From contig JANSWW010000003.1 in assembly GCA_024743275.1 (NCBI GenBank), positions 156,521 through 220,520 of the forward strand: a stretch of 64,000 bases of DNA, read 5' to 3'. Positions 17,729-26,150 of the stretch are shown here, piece after piece. The translations under genes were made by a program, and so were the position numbers. Source of the stretch: Alphaproteobacteria bacterium (GTDB taxonomy: Bacteria > Pseudomonadota > Alphaproteobacteria > JANSWW01). The notes under the pieces were generated by a model. The model saw nothing but the letters and a program-made list of their open reading frames with translations. It had not been told where the DNA came from and made no database searches. Position 1 is the first letter of the stretch, and each line of letters begins with the position of its first letter.

Positions 17729-19081
17729 TCAGGTCAACGAGGCCAGGGCCTTGTTGATGATCGTCGAGAGCTGATTGCGGACATTCTCAGCGCCCAGCGA
17801 GTTGTTCACCTGGGTCCCGAGGGTCGACTGGAACCAATCCGCGTCGTTCAACTCGCTCTGGACGTCCGACGTGAAGCTCGGGTCGGAGCCGTTTAGAAGG
17901 TTGATCTTGATGTTCGGGATGTCCGCCGAAAGCTTGGTGACGTCGACGGTGAGCGTCTCGTTCGGCGGCGTCCCGGTGATCGTGACGGTGCCGGTAAAGG
18001 TGATCGTCGGCGAGGTGAAGGTGAAATCGAAGTTGCCGGTGCTGGTATATGTCGTGATCTGATCGACCTTGGCCTGTTCCTTCTCGGCGGCCTGGGCGGC
18101 CCATTTGGGATAGTCCCGTTCGGCGGCCTCCCGTGCCTCGCGCGCCCAGTCCGGCTCCTCGATCGGTTCGGCGAGGGAGGCGCCGTTGGGGTTGGTGTTC
18201 GAGACGGTCGTCATCACCGACCCGACGGTCCGCTGATAGGCCTGCGGCAGGGCATGACCCTTGAACCCCAGGATCGCCTCTTTCAGGTTGCTGAACGGAT
18301 CGTCCTGCGCCTCCTCGGCGCTGATCCCGTTCGGAATGCGGTTGATGGTCTCCTTGTAGAACATCGTCTGCATGTAGATGGCGTGGCTGTTGTAGTTGGT
18401 ATCGCCGACGGTGAAGCTGTTATTGTCCGGGTTGGAGGCGGCGGCATTGGTCACGGCCATGTAATAGGAGGTCTTCTGTCCGGCCGTCGGATAGTTCTTC
18501 CACGCCTCGGTGAACGAGTTGGTGCCCGACGTGATCTGATACATCGGGTCGTTGTTGTCGTAGTAGGTGGCGACGAGGGACGGACCGCCACCGCCTCCCG
18601 ACATCAGATTTCCGCGATATTGCGTGGCGAGCGTCATGTTGTCGCCGCTGGACGCCGCCGCCAGTTCCGGCGGGATCGGTTGCGGGTTGGCGTTCGCCTC
18701 CGCCTCGTCCATGGCGCAGCCGGTGAGGCCCTTGCCGTCCGCCTCGAAGTTGCCTTTGAAGTCGAGGGATTGGAAGACGACCTCGATGGTCACGGAACTG
18801 GCGTCGTCGGCCGGGGTGAAGCTCTTCTTCTGGATCGAGGGCAGCCCGCTCAACACCAGCGAGGTCAGGGAGATATCGACATCGCCCCAGGTGCTCGATT
18901 TGTAGATCGGGATATTCTTGATGTCGGACAGTGTCGTCGACTGCATCGGCTCGATCTTGTCGCCTCCGATGGTGCCGCCGTTCTTCAGAAGACTCGGCAG
19001 ATAGTATTGGGAGCTGGAGTCCCAGATGAGGTTCCAGGCTTGCTTGAGGATCGCGACATTCGGGTTTCCGTTGGTTTCCAT
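17729..19081 (-). CDS. Hypothetical protein, putative TULIP (Takeout/JHBP-like) domain with large internal insertion
   Basis: GGAG/GAGG RBS; shares SSxYY[LM]PxxxKN, LxxxxxSGL and the C-terminal QLSxIxxKALA helix with the upstream gene. Confidence 0.82.
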   Translation of the reverse strand: METNGNPNVAILKQAWNLIWDSSSQYYLPSLLKNGGTIGGDKIEPMQSTTLSDIKNIPIYKSSTWGDVDISLTSLVLSGLPSIQKKSFTPADDASSVTIEVVFQSLDFKGNFEADGKGLTGCAMDEAEANANPQPIPPELAAASSGDNMTLATQYRGNLMSGGGGGPSLVATYYDNNDPMYQITSGTNSFTEAWKNYPTAGQKTSYYMAVTNAAASNPDNNSFTVGDTNYNSHAIYMQTMFYKETINRIPNGISAEEAQDDPFSNLKEAILGFKGHALPQAYQRTVGSVMTTVSNTNPNGASLAEPIEEPDWAREAREAAERDYPKWAAQAAEKEQAKVDQITTYTSTGNFDFTFTSPTITFTGTVTITGTPPNETLTVDVTKLSADIPNIKINLLNGSDPSFTSDVQSELNDADWFQSTLGTQVNNSLGAENVRNQLSTIINKALASLT

Positions 19082-19168
19082 GACCTCTACTCCAGCATCG
19101 ATTGTTGAAAGAAAGGGCGGCGCCCCGCCGTTGCCTTTCGGGTGCCTTTCCGGGGGCGCCGGCCGAAA

Positions 19169-20719
19169 TCAGGTCTCCTTCTCGGCGGCCGCCTGTTCGG
19201 CGAGCACGTTGGCGAGCGCCTTGGTGACGATCTTGCTGAGCTGATCGAGGATCGACTGGCTGTTGATCTCTGCCTGCAGCCGCTGCAGCACCACCGTCGT
19301 GGCCTGGGTCGTGTTCAGGGTGTTGTCGATGTACTCGTTCCAGCTATCCCGGCCCTTGTCCTTGGGGATGCTGGTCGCGTCGACCTTGAAGACGATGTTC
19401 TTCGCGTCCGTCACATTGGGGTCGCTCTGGATCCGCAGGCCCTTGACCGTCCCGGTCAGATTGTCGTGGCTGTCGGTGCCGATGGCGATGAAGGCCCCCA
19501 GGGCCGCCGCCTTGATGGTCGCGGTGAAGGTCCCGGTGCCGGTCTGCGGCTGGGACGCGCCGGAGCAGGTCTGGAAATTCGTCGTCGGGCAGCAGCTCAG
19601 CTTCAAGGTGAAGGTGCCGCTCAGTTCGAACTGATACTGCCAACTCGGCACCTGGCCGACGATGGCGAGCCCCGTCACATTGTCGCCGATCACCATAAGC
19701 GGCTGCGGCAGCGCGTTCGACAGGCCTGAAATGACGATGTTCTCAAGGGTCAAGGGGGCTGGCGCGCCCGGGGTTCCGATCCACGATTCCGAGCCGGGCG
19801 CGGAGGCGCCGCAGATCGAGCTGACGGCCGACGAGGCGAAATCGCCGATGCTGCCGATGGACCAGCTCGAATTCGTCGTCGTGTACGGCTCCAGCGTCGG
19901 GTCGGACGCATTCTTGATCACCGTCGGCATGTAGTAGTCGCTCGACGCATTGGTCGCCATTTTGTAGAGCAGCGACACGGTAAAGCTGAGCAGCGACGGT
20001 TTGGCGACCGACTGGACATAGGCCGTCAGCCCCTTGTTGAGGGCCGATGTCACGCTTGACTGAGCCAGGCATTTGTTGATGACGGTCGAGAAGACCCCCG
20101 GATTGGCCGCGAGCGCACTGCCGAGATCGTTGGCGATCTTCACCTGGGCGGTCGGGTCCGCCGGCTGTTCCAGCGTGAAGGTGTGGGTGGTCAGGCTGCC
20201 GACCGCGCAGGTCAGCGATGTGACGGAAACGTTGTAACTCCCGTCCACCGTTGCCTTCAGGGTCAGGACGGCTCCGCCGAGGCCCATCGTGAAGGTGCCG
20301 CTGATCGTCTCCGCTTTTCCGCAGTCGATGGCGATGGAGAAGGAGCCGGTGATGGTCGGCTGTTCGAGGACGAGACCGGTTGGTACGCTGGCGCCGCCGA
20401 GGGTGACCGTCATACTGACGTCGTTGCCGCTGACCGATTGATTGCCGAGCACACCGTTGGCCAGACCGGAAACCGAGACGTTGGTGAGCGTCATCGTCGC
20501 GCTGGTCGCCGTCCCGCCGCCCATGTCGGTGCAAAGGGTTTGCGCCAGGGTGCCGCTGATCTGGCTCAGATCGCCGAAATCCACGGTGCCGGAGACGGCC
20601 AAGGGGTCGAGGACGGGAAGCGGTTGGGCGAGAACCAGGACGGGATAGAAGAGCGCGCTCGTCTCGTCATTTCCTTTGGTGACGATCGTATCGATCACAT
20701 CGGAAAGGCTCTGGGTCAT
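19169..20719 (-). CDS. Hypothetical protein (516 aa), two tandem putative TULIP (Takeout/JHBP-like) domains
   Basis: Start re-set to ATG 20719 (MTQSLSD; RBS GGGGAG). Internal duplication: LDPL...LTNVSVSGLAN...ITGSF...GTFT versus LEPY...LENIVISGLSN...LSGTF...GTFT. Confidence 0.82.
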   Translation of the reverse strand: MTQSLSDVIDTIVTKGNDETSALFYPVLVLAQPLPVLDPLAVSGTVDFGDLSQISGTLAQTLCTDMGGGTATSATMTLTNVSVSGLANGVLGNQSVSGNDVSMTVTLGGASVPTGLVLEQPTITGSFSIAIDCGKAETISGTFTMGLGGAVLTLKATVDGSYNVSVTSLTCAVGSLTTHTFTLEQPADPTAQVKIANDLGSALAANPGVFSTVINKCLAQSSVTSALNKGLTAYVQSVAKPSLLSFTVSLLYKMATNASSDYYMPTVIKNASDPTLEPYTTTNSSWSIGSIGDFASSAVSSICGASAPGSESWIGTPGAPAPLTLENIVISGLSNALPQPLMVIGDNVTGLAIVGQVPSWQYQFELSGTFTLKLSCCPTTNFQTCSGASQPQTGTGTFTATIKAAALGAFIAIGTDSHDNLTGTVKGLRIQSDPNVTDAKNIVFKVDATSIPKDKGRDSWNEYIDNTLNTTQATTVVLQRLQAEINSQSILDQLSKIVTKALANVLAEQAAAEKET

Positions 20720-20940
20720 GGCGCGTCTCCCCTGATTTTGCTGTTTTGTGAAGTGTTTAGGGTCTTTTTCTGCGTTCTTAGGCGGCAAAAAATACCTTCA
20801 CAGCAATCAAAAATAGCAACAGCCTGAATAATATCGCAATCCTTTAATCACAAAGGATCGATAAAATTTCGTGATAAAATTGTTTCAATCAGATTGTATC
20901 GTGCATTAGCGGATTTTAAGGGAGGTTCCGAAAATCCATG
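20720..20940 (-). promoter_or_regulatory. AT-rich promoter region of the six-gene operon with GATAAAATT direct repeat
   Basis: Clearly AT-rich relative to the flanks; GATAAAATT at 20860-20868 and 20873-20881. Confidence 0.5.
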
Positions 20941-21184
20941 CCGTTGGAGACACCGCTTGCGGCCTCCGGTCTCTCTGGGATGATTGCGCGATCACCAACC
21001 GTGTCATGGCGAGGCCTTTCGGATTGGCGTTGACCGTCCGCTCGATCTTTGTCCCGCGCATGGTGCGGGACCTGATGCCTTAGGCTACGTGTCTTGGAAA
21101 CCGTCTGGGCTGATCCGCCCTGTGAACCTCTTCGTCGCGTTTGAGGGATTGTTAATTCTTTTCGGCTACACCCGACAAAGACTT

Positions 21185-21781
21185 ATGGCGGACCGGCCGG
21201 CCCGTCCCCCACGCAAAGGCGGTGCACTGGTGCCCATGTTCAAGACCGGATCAGGCTTCGACAGGATGTTCGACTATTGGATAGGGCTGAAGGGCGATCA
21301 GGCATTGCCCGCCTATCATGCGATCGACCCGATCGAGATCCCATGGGCGTTGGCCAATCTCTATGTCGTCGAGCGCAAGGACGACGGCATGTTCCGATAT
21401 CGGCTGGTCGGCGAAGCGGTGCAGGCCAAGTATCGTGTTTCCCTTAAGGGCCGGACGTTGCACGATTTCCTGGAGAAGGAGACCGCCGACCGGACCGTTG
21501 CCACGTGGGAAGAGGGGCTGCGGAGCGGACTGGTGCGTTATACGCACTCCCGCCATTACCGCGACGTGTCCTATCCGATTTGTGGCCGGCGGTTGCTCAT
21601 GCCCTTCGCGGACCGTGACGGCCGGGCGCGTTTCATTCTCGGCTATGTGGAGTTTACCGCGGAGATGCGATCGCTCGTCCCGCTCGAGGCGGCGCGCACC
21701 GAGATCTTCCACGAGACCTGGATCGACGCGGAAGGCGAGGTCACTGCCGCGCCCGGTACCGGCGCCGTGGCGGTCGGTTAG
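21185..21781 (+). CDS. Stand-alone PAS (PAS_5-like) domain protein
   Basis: FDYWIGLKGDQALP...IDPIEIP..L...FRYRLVGE...RLLMPF.D.DG....ILG. Start uncertain (21185 or 21236). Confidence 0.78.
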   Translation: MADRPARPPRKGGALVPMFKTGSGFDRMFDYWIGLKGDQALPAYHAIDPIEIPWALANLYVVERKDDGMFRYRLVGEAVQAKYRVSLKGRTLHDFLEKETADRTVATWEEGLRSGLVRYTHSRHYRDVSYPICGRRLLMPFADRDGRARFILGYVEFTAEMRSLVPLEAARTEIFHETWIDAEGEVTAAPGTGAVAVG

Positions 21782-21788
21782 GGCGCCG

Positions 21789-22313
21789 TCACCAGTCCGC
21801 CGCGCCGAGAATACTGGAAACCCGCGTTCCGTCGTCCGACAGCGGCAGAAGGACGCCCGCCGCCGACCGTAGGGTGATGTTCCCGCTGGTATAGGTAAGC
21901 CGGAAGAAGACGGGCGCGCCGCGCCGATACACCGCCTGTGCCCCGGTTCGGAAAGGGGCGGCGCTGGGGTTCTGGGCGATCAGGTCGTTGACGGACAGGC
22001 CGGTGAGATCGCGCCCGTATTCCCATTCGTGACGGGAGCCGAAGAGCCGCCACCGGAAATCCTCGCCCGCGCCCAGCACGTCGAGAATCACGAGATGCGG
22101 CAACAGCCGCGGGCCGAGGCGGAGCGGGTCGACCTGGTCGCGCCGGGGCATGGCTGTGGGATTGATATCACGCCACACCGCCTCGGTTTCCCGCGCAATC
22201 CGGAAATCCGGATGCTCTCGGGTCGCGGCGTCATCGACAAGTTCGATGTCGCTTGAAAGGCCAGCATCGAATTGGATTTCCGACAACGGTTTTTTGCGAT
22301 CGTCGGCCGCCAT
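21789..22313 (-). CDS. Stand-alone PAS (PAS_5-like) domain protein
   Basis: VW.....MPRRDQVDP...LLPHLVILDV...FRWRLFG...GRDLTG...LLPLSDDGTRV..ILG. Start re-set to ATG 22313. Confidence 0.8.
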   Translation of the reverse strand: MAADDRKKPLSEIQFDAGLSSDIELVDDAATREHPDFRIARETEAVWRDINPTAMPRRDQVDPLRLGPRLLPHLVILDVLGAGEDFRWRLFGSRHEWEYGRDLTGLSVNDLIAQNPSAAPFRTGAQAVYRRGAPVFFRLTYTSGNITLRSAAGVLLPLSDDGTRVSSILGAADW

Positions 22314-22788
22314 CTTCCATCCTCGCCGGCTGCCTTTGTGAGATGCCCGACGAAGGGCACGCTCCTCTCGACCTTTGACATAGGGTGCGTCGTGGCCATT
22401 TCGACGCAGGACAGGCATTCTCCAATCGTGGCATACATCGCCGGACCGTTCCGCCGCACTCTCCGTCACCAATCCTCTCCGGTTGCTCAGCGAGGCCCTG
22501 AAGATCGAAATCGTGAAATTCGGGAGGGGACCGCTGCGCCGTCTTGATTCCGGGCGGTGAGGATTTTATGTTTGGTTAGCTAAAATTCACACTTATCCAA
22601 CATGAGCCGGACATAGGTTTTTCGATCAAATAAATCGGTAGGGCTGGTGATGTGTATTTAGGTTTGGTGTGAATAACCGTATTGCGGGCATTTAAATTTT
22701 TTTTAATTAAAACTGCCACTAAACGCGTGCCGAAATCTCTCCGATGTGCTTTTCTCTTGCCGGTACGATTCAGGGTTTGGGAAGCGTC

Positions 22789-23220
22789 ATGCGGCACGTT
22801 TTTTGTGTGTTGTTCGGTCTATTACTGCTTCCGGGGGTTGCGACCGCGTCGGAGTATCGACAGCTTAGCGGGCCGGCGACGGTTGTCGACGGGGATACCA
22901 TCCGGTTCGAGCATATCGAGGGCTCGATCGAGCTGTGGGGCGTGGACGCGCCGGAGATTTGGACGGAAGCCGGCGAGCGGGCCAAATTGGCAATGGAGGA
23001 TATCGTTTGGGCGGGCCAGCCGTTGAGCTGCACCGACGCCGGCCAAACCCTCCACGGCAGAACCGTCGCCCGATGCCTCGACAAATACGGACGCGATATC
23101 GCCGAACGCCTGATCCTCCAAGGCTATGCCCGGGCCTTCAAGGCAACGGGACGGGGGCAGGCGGTCCCGTTCCCGGACGCGTGGCTTAATTACGCGCGGG
23201 CGGAAGCGGCGATGCGCTGA
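22789..23220 (+). CDS. Thermonuclease (SNase-like) family protein
   Basis: Signal peptide; VVDGDTI, LWGVDAPE, GRTVARC, DIAERLILQGYA. Confidence 0.82.
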   Translation: MRHVFCVLFGLLLLPGVATASEYRQLSGPATVVDGDTIRFEHIEGSIELWGVDAPEIWTEAGERAKLAMEDIVWAGQPLSCTDAGQTLHGRTVARCLDKYGRDIAERLILQGYARAFKATGRGQAVPFPDAWLNYARAEAAMR

Positions 23221-23261
23221 GCCGAGAGGCGGGTTGGACACTCGGAAAAGATCGATAGGGG

Positions 23262-24509
23262 TCAGGCGAGGAGAGCGTCCTCGAAGGGGAAGGTCGACAG
23301 CAGCTCCTTCCCCGTTTCCGTAATAAGGACCTGTTGCTCCAATTTCACGCCTTCTCCGCCTGTTTCGCCGCCGATGAAGCTCTCGACGCAGAGCGTCATG
23401 CCCGGTTCGATAACCCCGTCATAGCCCGCATCGGGAAAATCGGTCCGGTGGTAGAGATAAGGGTATTCGCCGGTCATGCCGCAGCCATGGGCCGAGAGGT
23501 AGTAGCGGTTCGCGAAGAACTTCTCCGGGATGGTCCAGGCCGCTTCGGCATAGTCCCGGAAGGTCATCCCCGGCTTCAGAATATCGAGATTGTGATGCAC
23601 CTGCTCATGGGCGGTCTTGTAGAGTTCCCGCTGGGCCGGCGTCGGTGCCGACGGGCCCGAATGGAAGGTGCGTGAGAAGTCGGCGTAATAGCCATGGCAG
23701 CCGACGACATCCGTATCGAGCGCAATCAGTTCGTTCTCGCCGATCACTCTGGTGCCGGTCTCCTGGAACCAGGGATTGGTCCGCTCGCCCGAATTCAACA
23801 GGCGGGTTTCGACATAGTCGCCACCCTGGGCGATCACCGATTGATGGAGCACGGACCACAATTCGTTCTCGGTGAGTCCGGGACGGATCGCGGCCCGTAG
23901 CTTGCCCACCGCCACCTCCGTCGCGCGGACCGAGGCGCGGACGCATTTCATCTCCTCGTCCGACTTGATCGCCCGGGCCATCTCGACTGGTTCCTGGGCG
24001 TCGACGATCCGATAGCCTGTTGCCGCGAGCGCGATCGCCGCACCGGCGTTGATCCGCTCCAGACCGATGGTCTCGCCCGGGCCGACCTCTTCCCGAAGCG
24101 TCGCCGCCATACCCTCCGCCCAAATGCGTTCCCGTTCCGCGATGGCCGGGCCGGCCGAAACGAAGCTGGCGGTCGTTGAGGGGCGGACCTCGTCCACCGT
24201 CTCGAAGCCGTCGGCCAGATGCAGGCAGCCGGTGAATTCGAAAAGAATGCTGCGGGTGGCGGTCAGCAGCAGATAGCGTGCCGGCGTGTTGCGGGCGGAG
24301 AATACCTGCATGTTCCGGGTGCCGGTGGCATAGCGGATGTTGACCGGGTCGGACAGGATCACCGCCGCGACGCCCCGGCGTGCCATTTCCGCCCGGACGC
24401 GGCCAAGCCGGTAGCCGCGGACCGCGACATGATCGATGGTCGGGTCGGTATCGTCCAGAAGGCGGACGCCGGCGAGATCCGCGCGGTCGGCGTGCCAGTC
24501 GAGTTGCAT
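23262..24509 (-). CDS. M24 peptidase-family protein, DddP (DMSP lyase)-like
   Basis: Start ATG 24509 with GGAG RBS; DPVNIRYATG.RNMQ, ETRLLNSGERTNPWFQE, DTDVVGCHGYYADFSRT, HGCGMTGEYP, CVESFIG, GVKLEQQVL. Confidence 0.8.
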   Translation of the reverse strand: MQLDWHADRADLAGVRLLDDTDPTIDHVAVRGYRLGRVRAEMARRGVAAVILSDPVNIRYATGTRNMQVFSARNTPARYLLLTATRSILFEFTGCLHLADGFETVDEVRPSTTASFVSAGPAIAERERIWAEGMAATLREEVGPGETIGLERINAGAAIALAATGYRIVDAQEPVEMARAIKSDEEMKCVRASVRATEVAVGKLRAAIRPGLTENELWSVLHQSVIAQGGDYVETRLLNSGERTNPWFQETGTRVIGENELIALDTDVVGCHGYYADFSRTFHSGPSAPTPAQRELYKTAHEQVHHNLDILKPGMTFRDYAEAAWTIPEKFFANRYYLSAHGCGMTGEYPYLYHRTDFPDAGYDGVIEPGMTLCVESFIGGETGGEGVKLEQQVLITETGKELLSTFPFEDALLA

Positions 24510-24660
24510 GGGTTTCTCCGTGGAAAGCGGCCTGATCCGACACAGGATAATGCCTTTGGATTCTGCCGGCATCCCGCTGGCCGACCTGGATTTCCGTTCA
24601 GGCGACATAGGTTAGGGGCTTGGGTCGTGACCTAGAGTAACTTTTGATATCGGAGACCGC

Positions 24661-25227
24661 ATGCACGCTGACGCGCGAAACGGCCAATCGATCCTGTGGC
24701 GGCGCCTGGACGCCCCCGGGCATGAGGCCTGCTTTGTCCGCTGGACGGGGGCGAATTGGTTGATTGAGGGGGCCGCGGTGGGGCGCGACCGGGGCGCGGC
24801 CTCGATGCTGAACTATGCCCTTGTCTGCGACCACAATTGGATGGCGCGCAAGGCCGCCGTCTCGGGCTGGACCCCGGAGGGCGAGATCGATCTGGCCATC
24901 GATCGCGACACATCCGGAACCTGGCGGGTGAACGGTATCGCCGTTCCCGAGGTGGATGGGGCGTTGGACCTCGATCTCGGGTTCACGCCGGCGACCAATA
25001 CTCTGGCGATCCGGCGCCTGGGCCTGGATGTGGGTGAGTCGGCGGACATCGCGGCGGCCTGGCTGGACGTTTCCGATTGGATGATGAAACCCCTGGCCCA
25101 GGGCTATGACCGTCTCGATGAGGATCATTATCGCTACCGGTCGCCAGGTAACGATTATGAAGCCCGGTTGGAAACCGATCCGTTCGGCATGGTCACAGCC
25201 TATCCGGGCCTCTGGGTTCAGGCCTAG
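24661..25227 (+). CDS. Putative glycolipid-binding domain protein (DUF1089-like)
   Basis: LWRRLD.PGHE, DLDLGFTPATNTLAIRRL, Q.Y.RL, G.V..YPGLW. Confidence 0.8.
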   Translation: MHADARNGQSILWRRLDAPGHEACFVRWTGANWLIEGAAVGRDRGAASMLNYALVCDHNWMARKAAVSGWTPEGEIDLAIDRDTSGTWRVNGIAVPEVDGALDLDLGFTPATNTLAIRRLGLDVGESADIAAAWLDVSDWMMKPLAQGYDRLDEDHYRYRSPGNDYEARLETDPFGMVTAYPGLWVQA

Positions 25228-25238
25228 CCCGGTTTTCC

Positions 25239-26132
25239 CTAGGCAGGCTTGCGGCGCGCGGCGTCCGCCGTCATCAGCACGATCCCGCCGCCGATCAGCA
25301 GGGCGCCGACCAGAAGTCCGTCGGGTGGGGCTTCTCCCAGCAAATGGATGGCGAGGGGAACGGCCACCAGGGCCGAGACCGACCCGAGCAGGCTGAGATA
25401 GACCGGCCCGCCATGTTTCTGCAGCACGAACAGCAGCAGGAACTGAAGGGCGAAGGTCGTGCTCTGCGCCAGAATGAGAGGCAGGGCGGCCGGCACTTGC
25501 AAGGGTACCGCGACCGTGAAGCCCGGAACGCCCCCTAGCAGGAAGAGAAGTCCGGCGGCCGCCCCGACCATGCCCGGGGCGAGCACGTCGGGCTTTGCCC
25601 CCTCGGGCCAGCGCAGGGTGCGGTAGAGGTTCCCGGCCGCCAGGAAGACCGGCCCCAGGAGGGCGGCCATGATCCAGAAGCCTGCGGCGGCGGGGGCCTG
25701 AAACTTAAGGACGGCGATATACCCGGCCCCCGCCAGCGCCAGGGCGACACCGAGCGCCCGGATATGGCGGTAGCGCTCCATCCGCAGCGCCAGCGCCCCC
25801 AGATAGGTCAGCAAGGGTGGCAGTGTGATGGCGAGGGCGACGAAACCGGCGCCGACATGGGGGATGGCGGAAAAGAACAGGAAGTTGGGGGCGGCCACGC
25901 TGACAAGGGCGGCCACCAGATAGTACTCCGCCGTCTGCCGGTTGACCGGCGGGAACTGCCGGCGCAGGCCGGCGGCCACGAAGAGGATGACGCTCGCCCC
26001 GACCACGGACCAGGTCAGGAACCCCAGCGGTGCCACGCCGGCGTTGGCGGCCAGCTTGGCAAACGTCGTCGAGACCCCCAGCATCGTGCCGGTGCCGATT
26101 AGGCACAGGCAGGCGATAAGCCACGATGGCAT
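25239..26132 (-). CDS. DMT/EamA-family transporter
   Basis: About 10 hydrophobic segments in two EamA-like halves; LLGEAP near the C-terminus. Confidence 0.85.
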   Translation of the reverse strand: MPSWLIACLCLIGTGTMLGVSTTFAKLAANAGVAPLGFLTWSVVGASVILFVAAGLRRQFPPVNRQTAEYYLVAALVSVAAPNFLFFSAIPHVGAGFVALAITLPPLLTYLGALALRMERYRHIRALGVALALAGAGYIAVLKFQAPAAAGFWIMAALLGPVFLAAGNLYRTLRWPEGAKPDVLAPGMVGAAAGLLFLLGGVPGFTVAVPLQVPAALPLILAQSTTFALQFLLLFVLQKHGGPVYLSLLGSVSALVAVPLAIHLLGEAPPDGLLVGALLIGGGIVLMTADAARRKPA

Positions 26133-26150
26133 GGCGCGTTCCTCCCGCTG

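Noticed and set aside
10298-20719. Interpretation as an eCIS/T6SS/phage tail locus
   Set aside because: No recognisable sheath, tube, VgrG, PAAR, baseplate or AAA ATPase motifs; cannot be fully excluded without structure searches.
20720-20940. Sigma-54 promoter for the six-gene operon
   Set aside because: No TGGCAC-N5-TTGC match found by eye on the minus strand.
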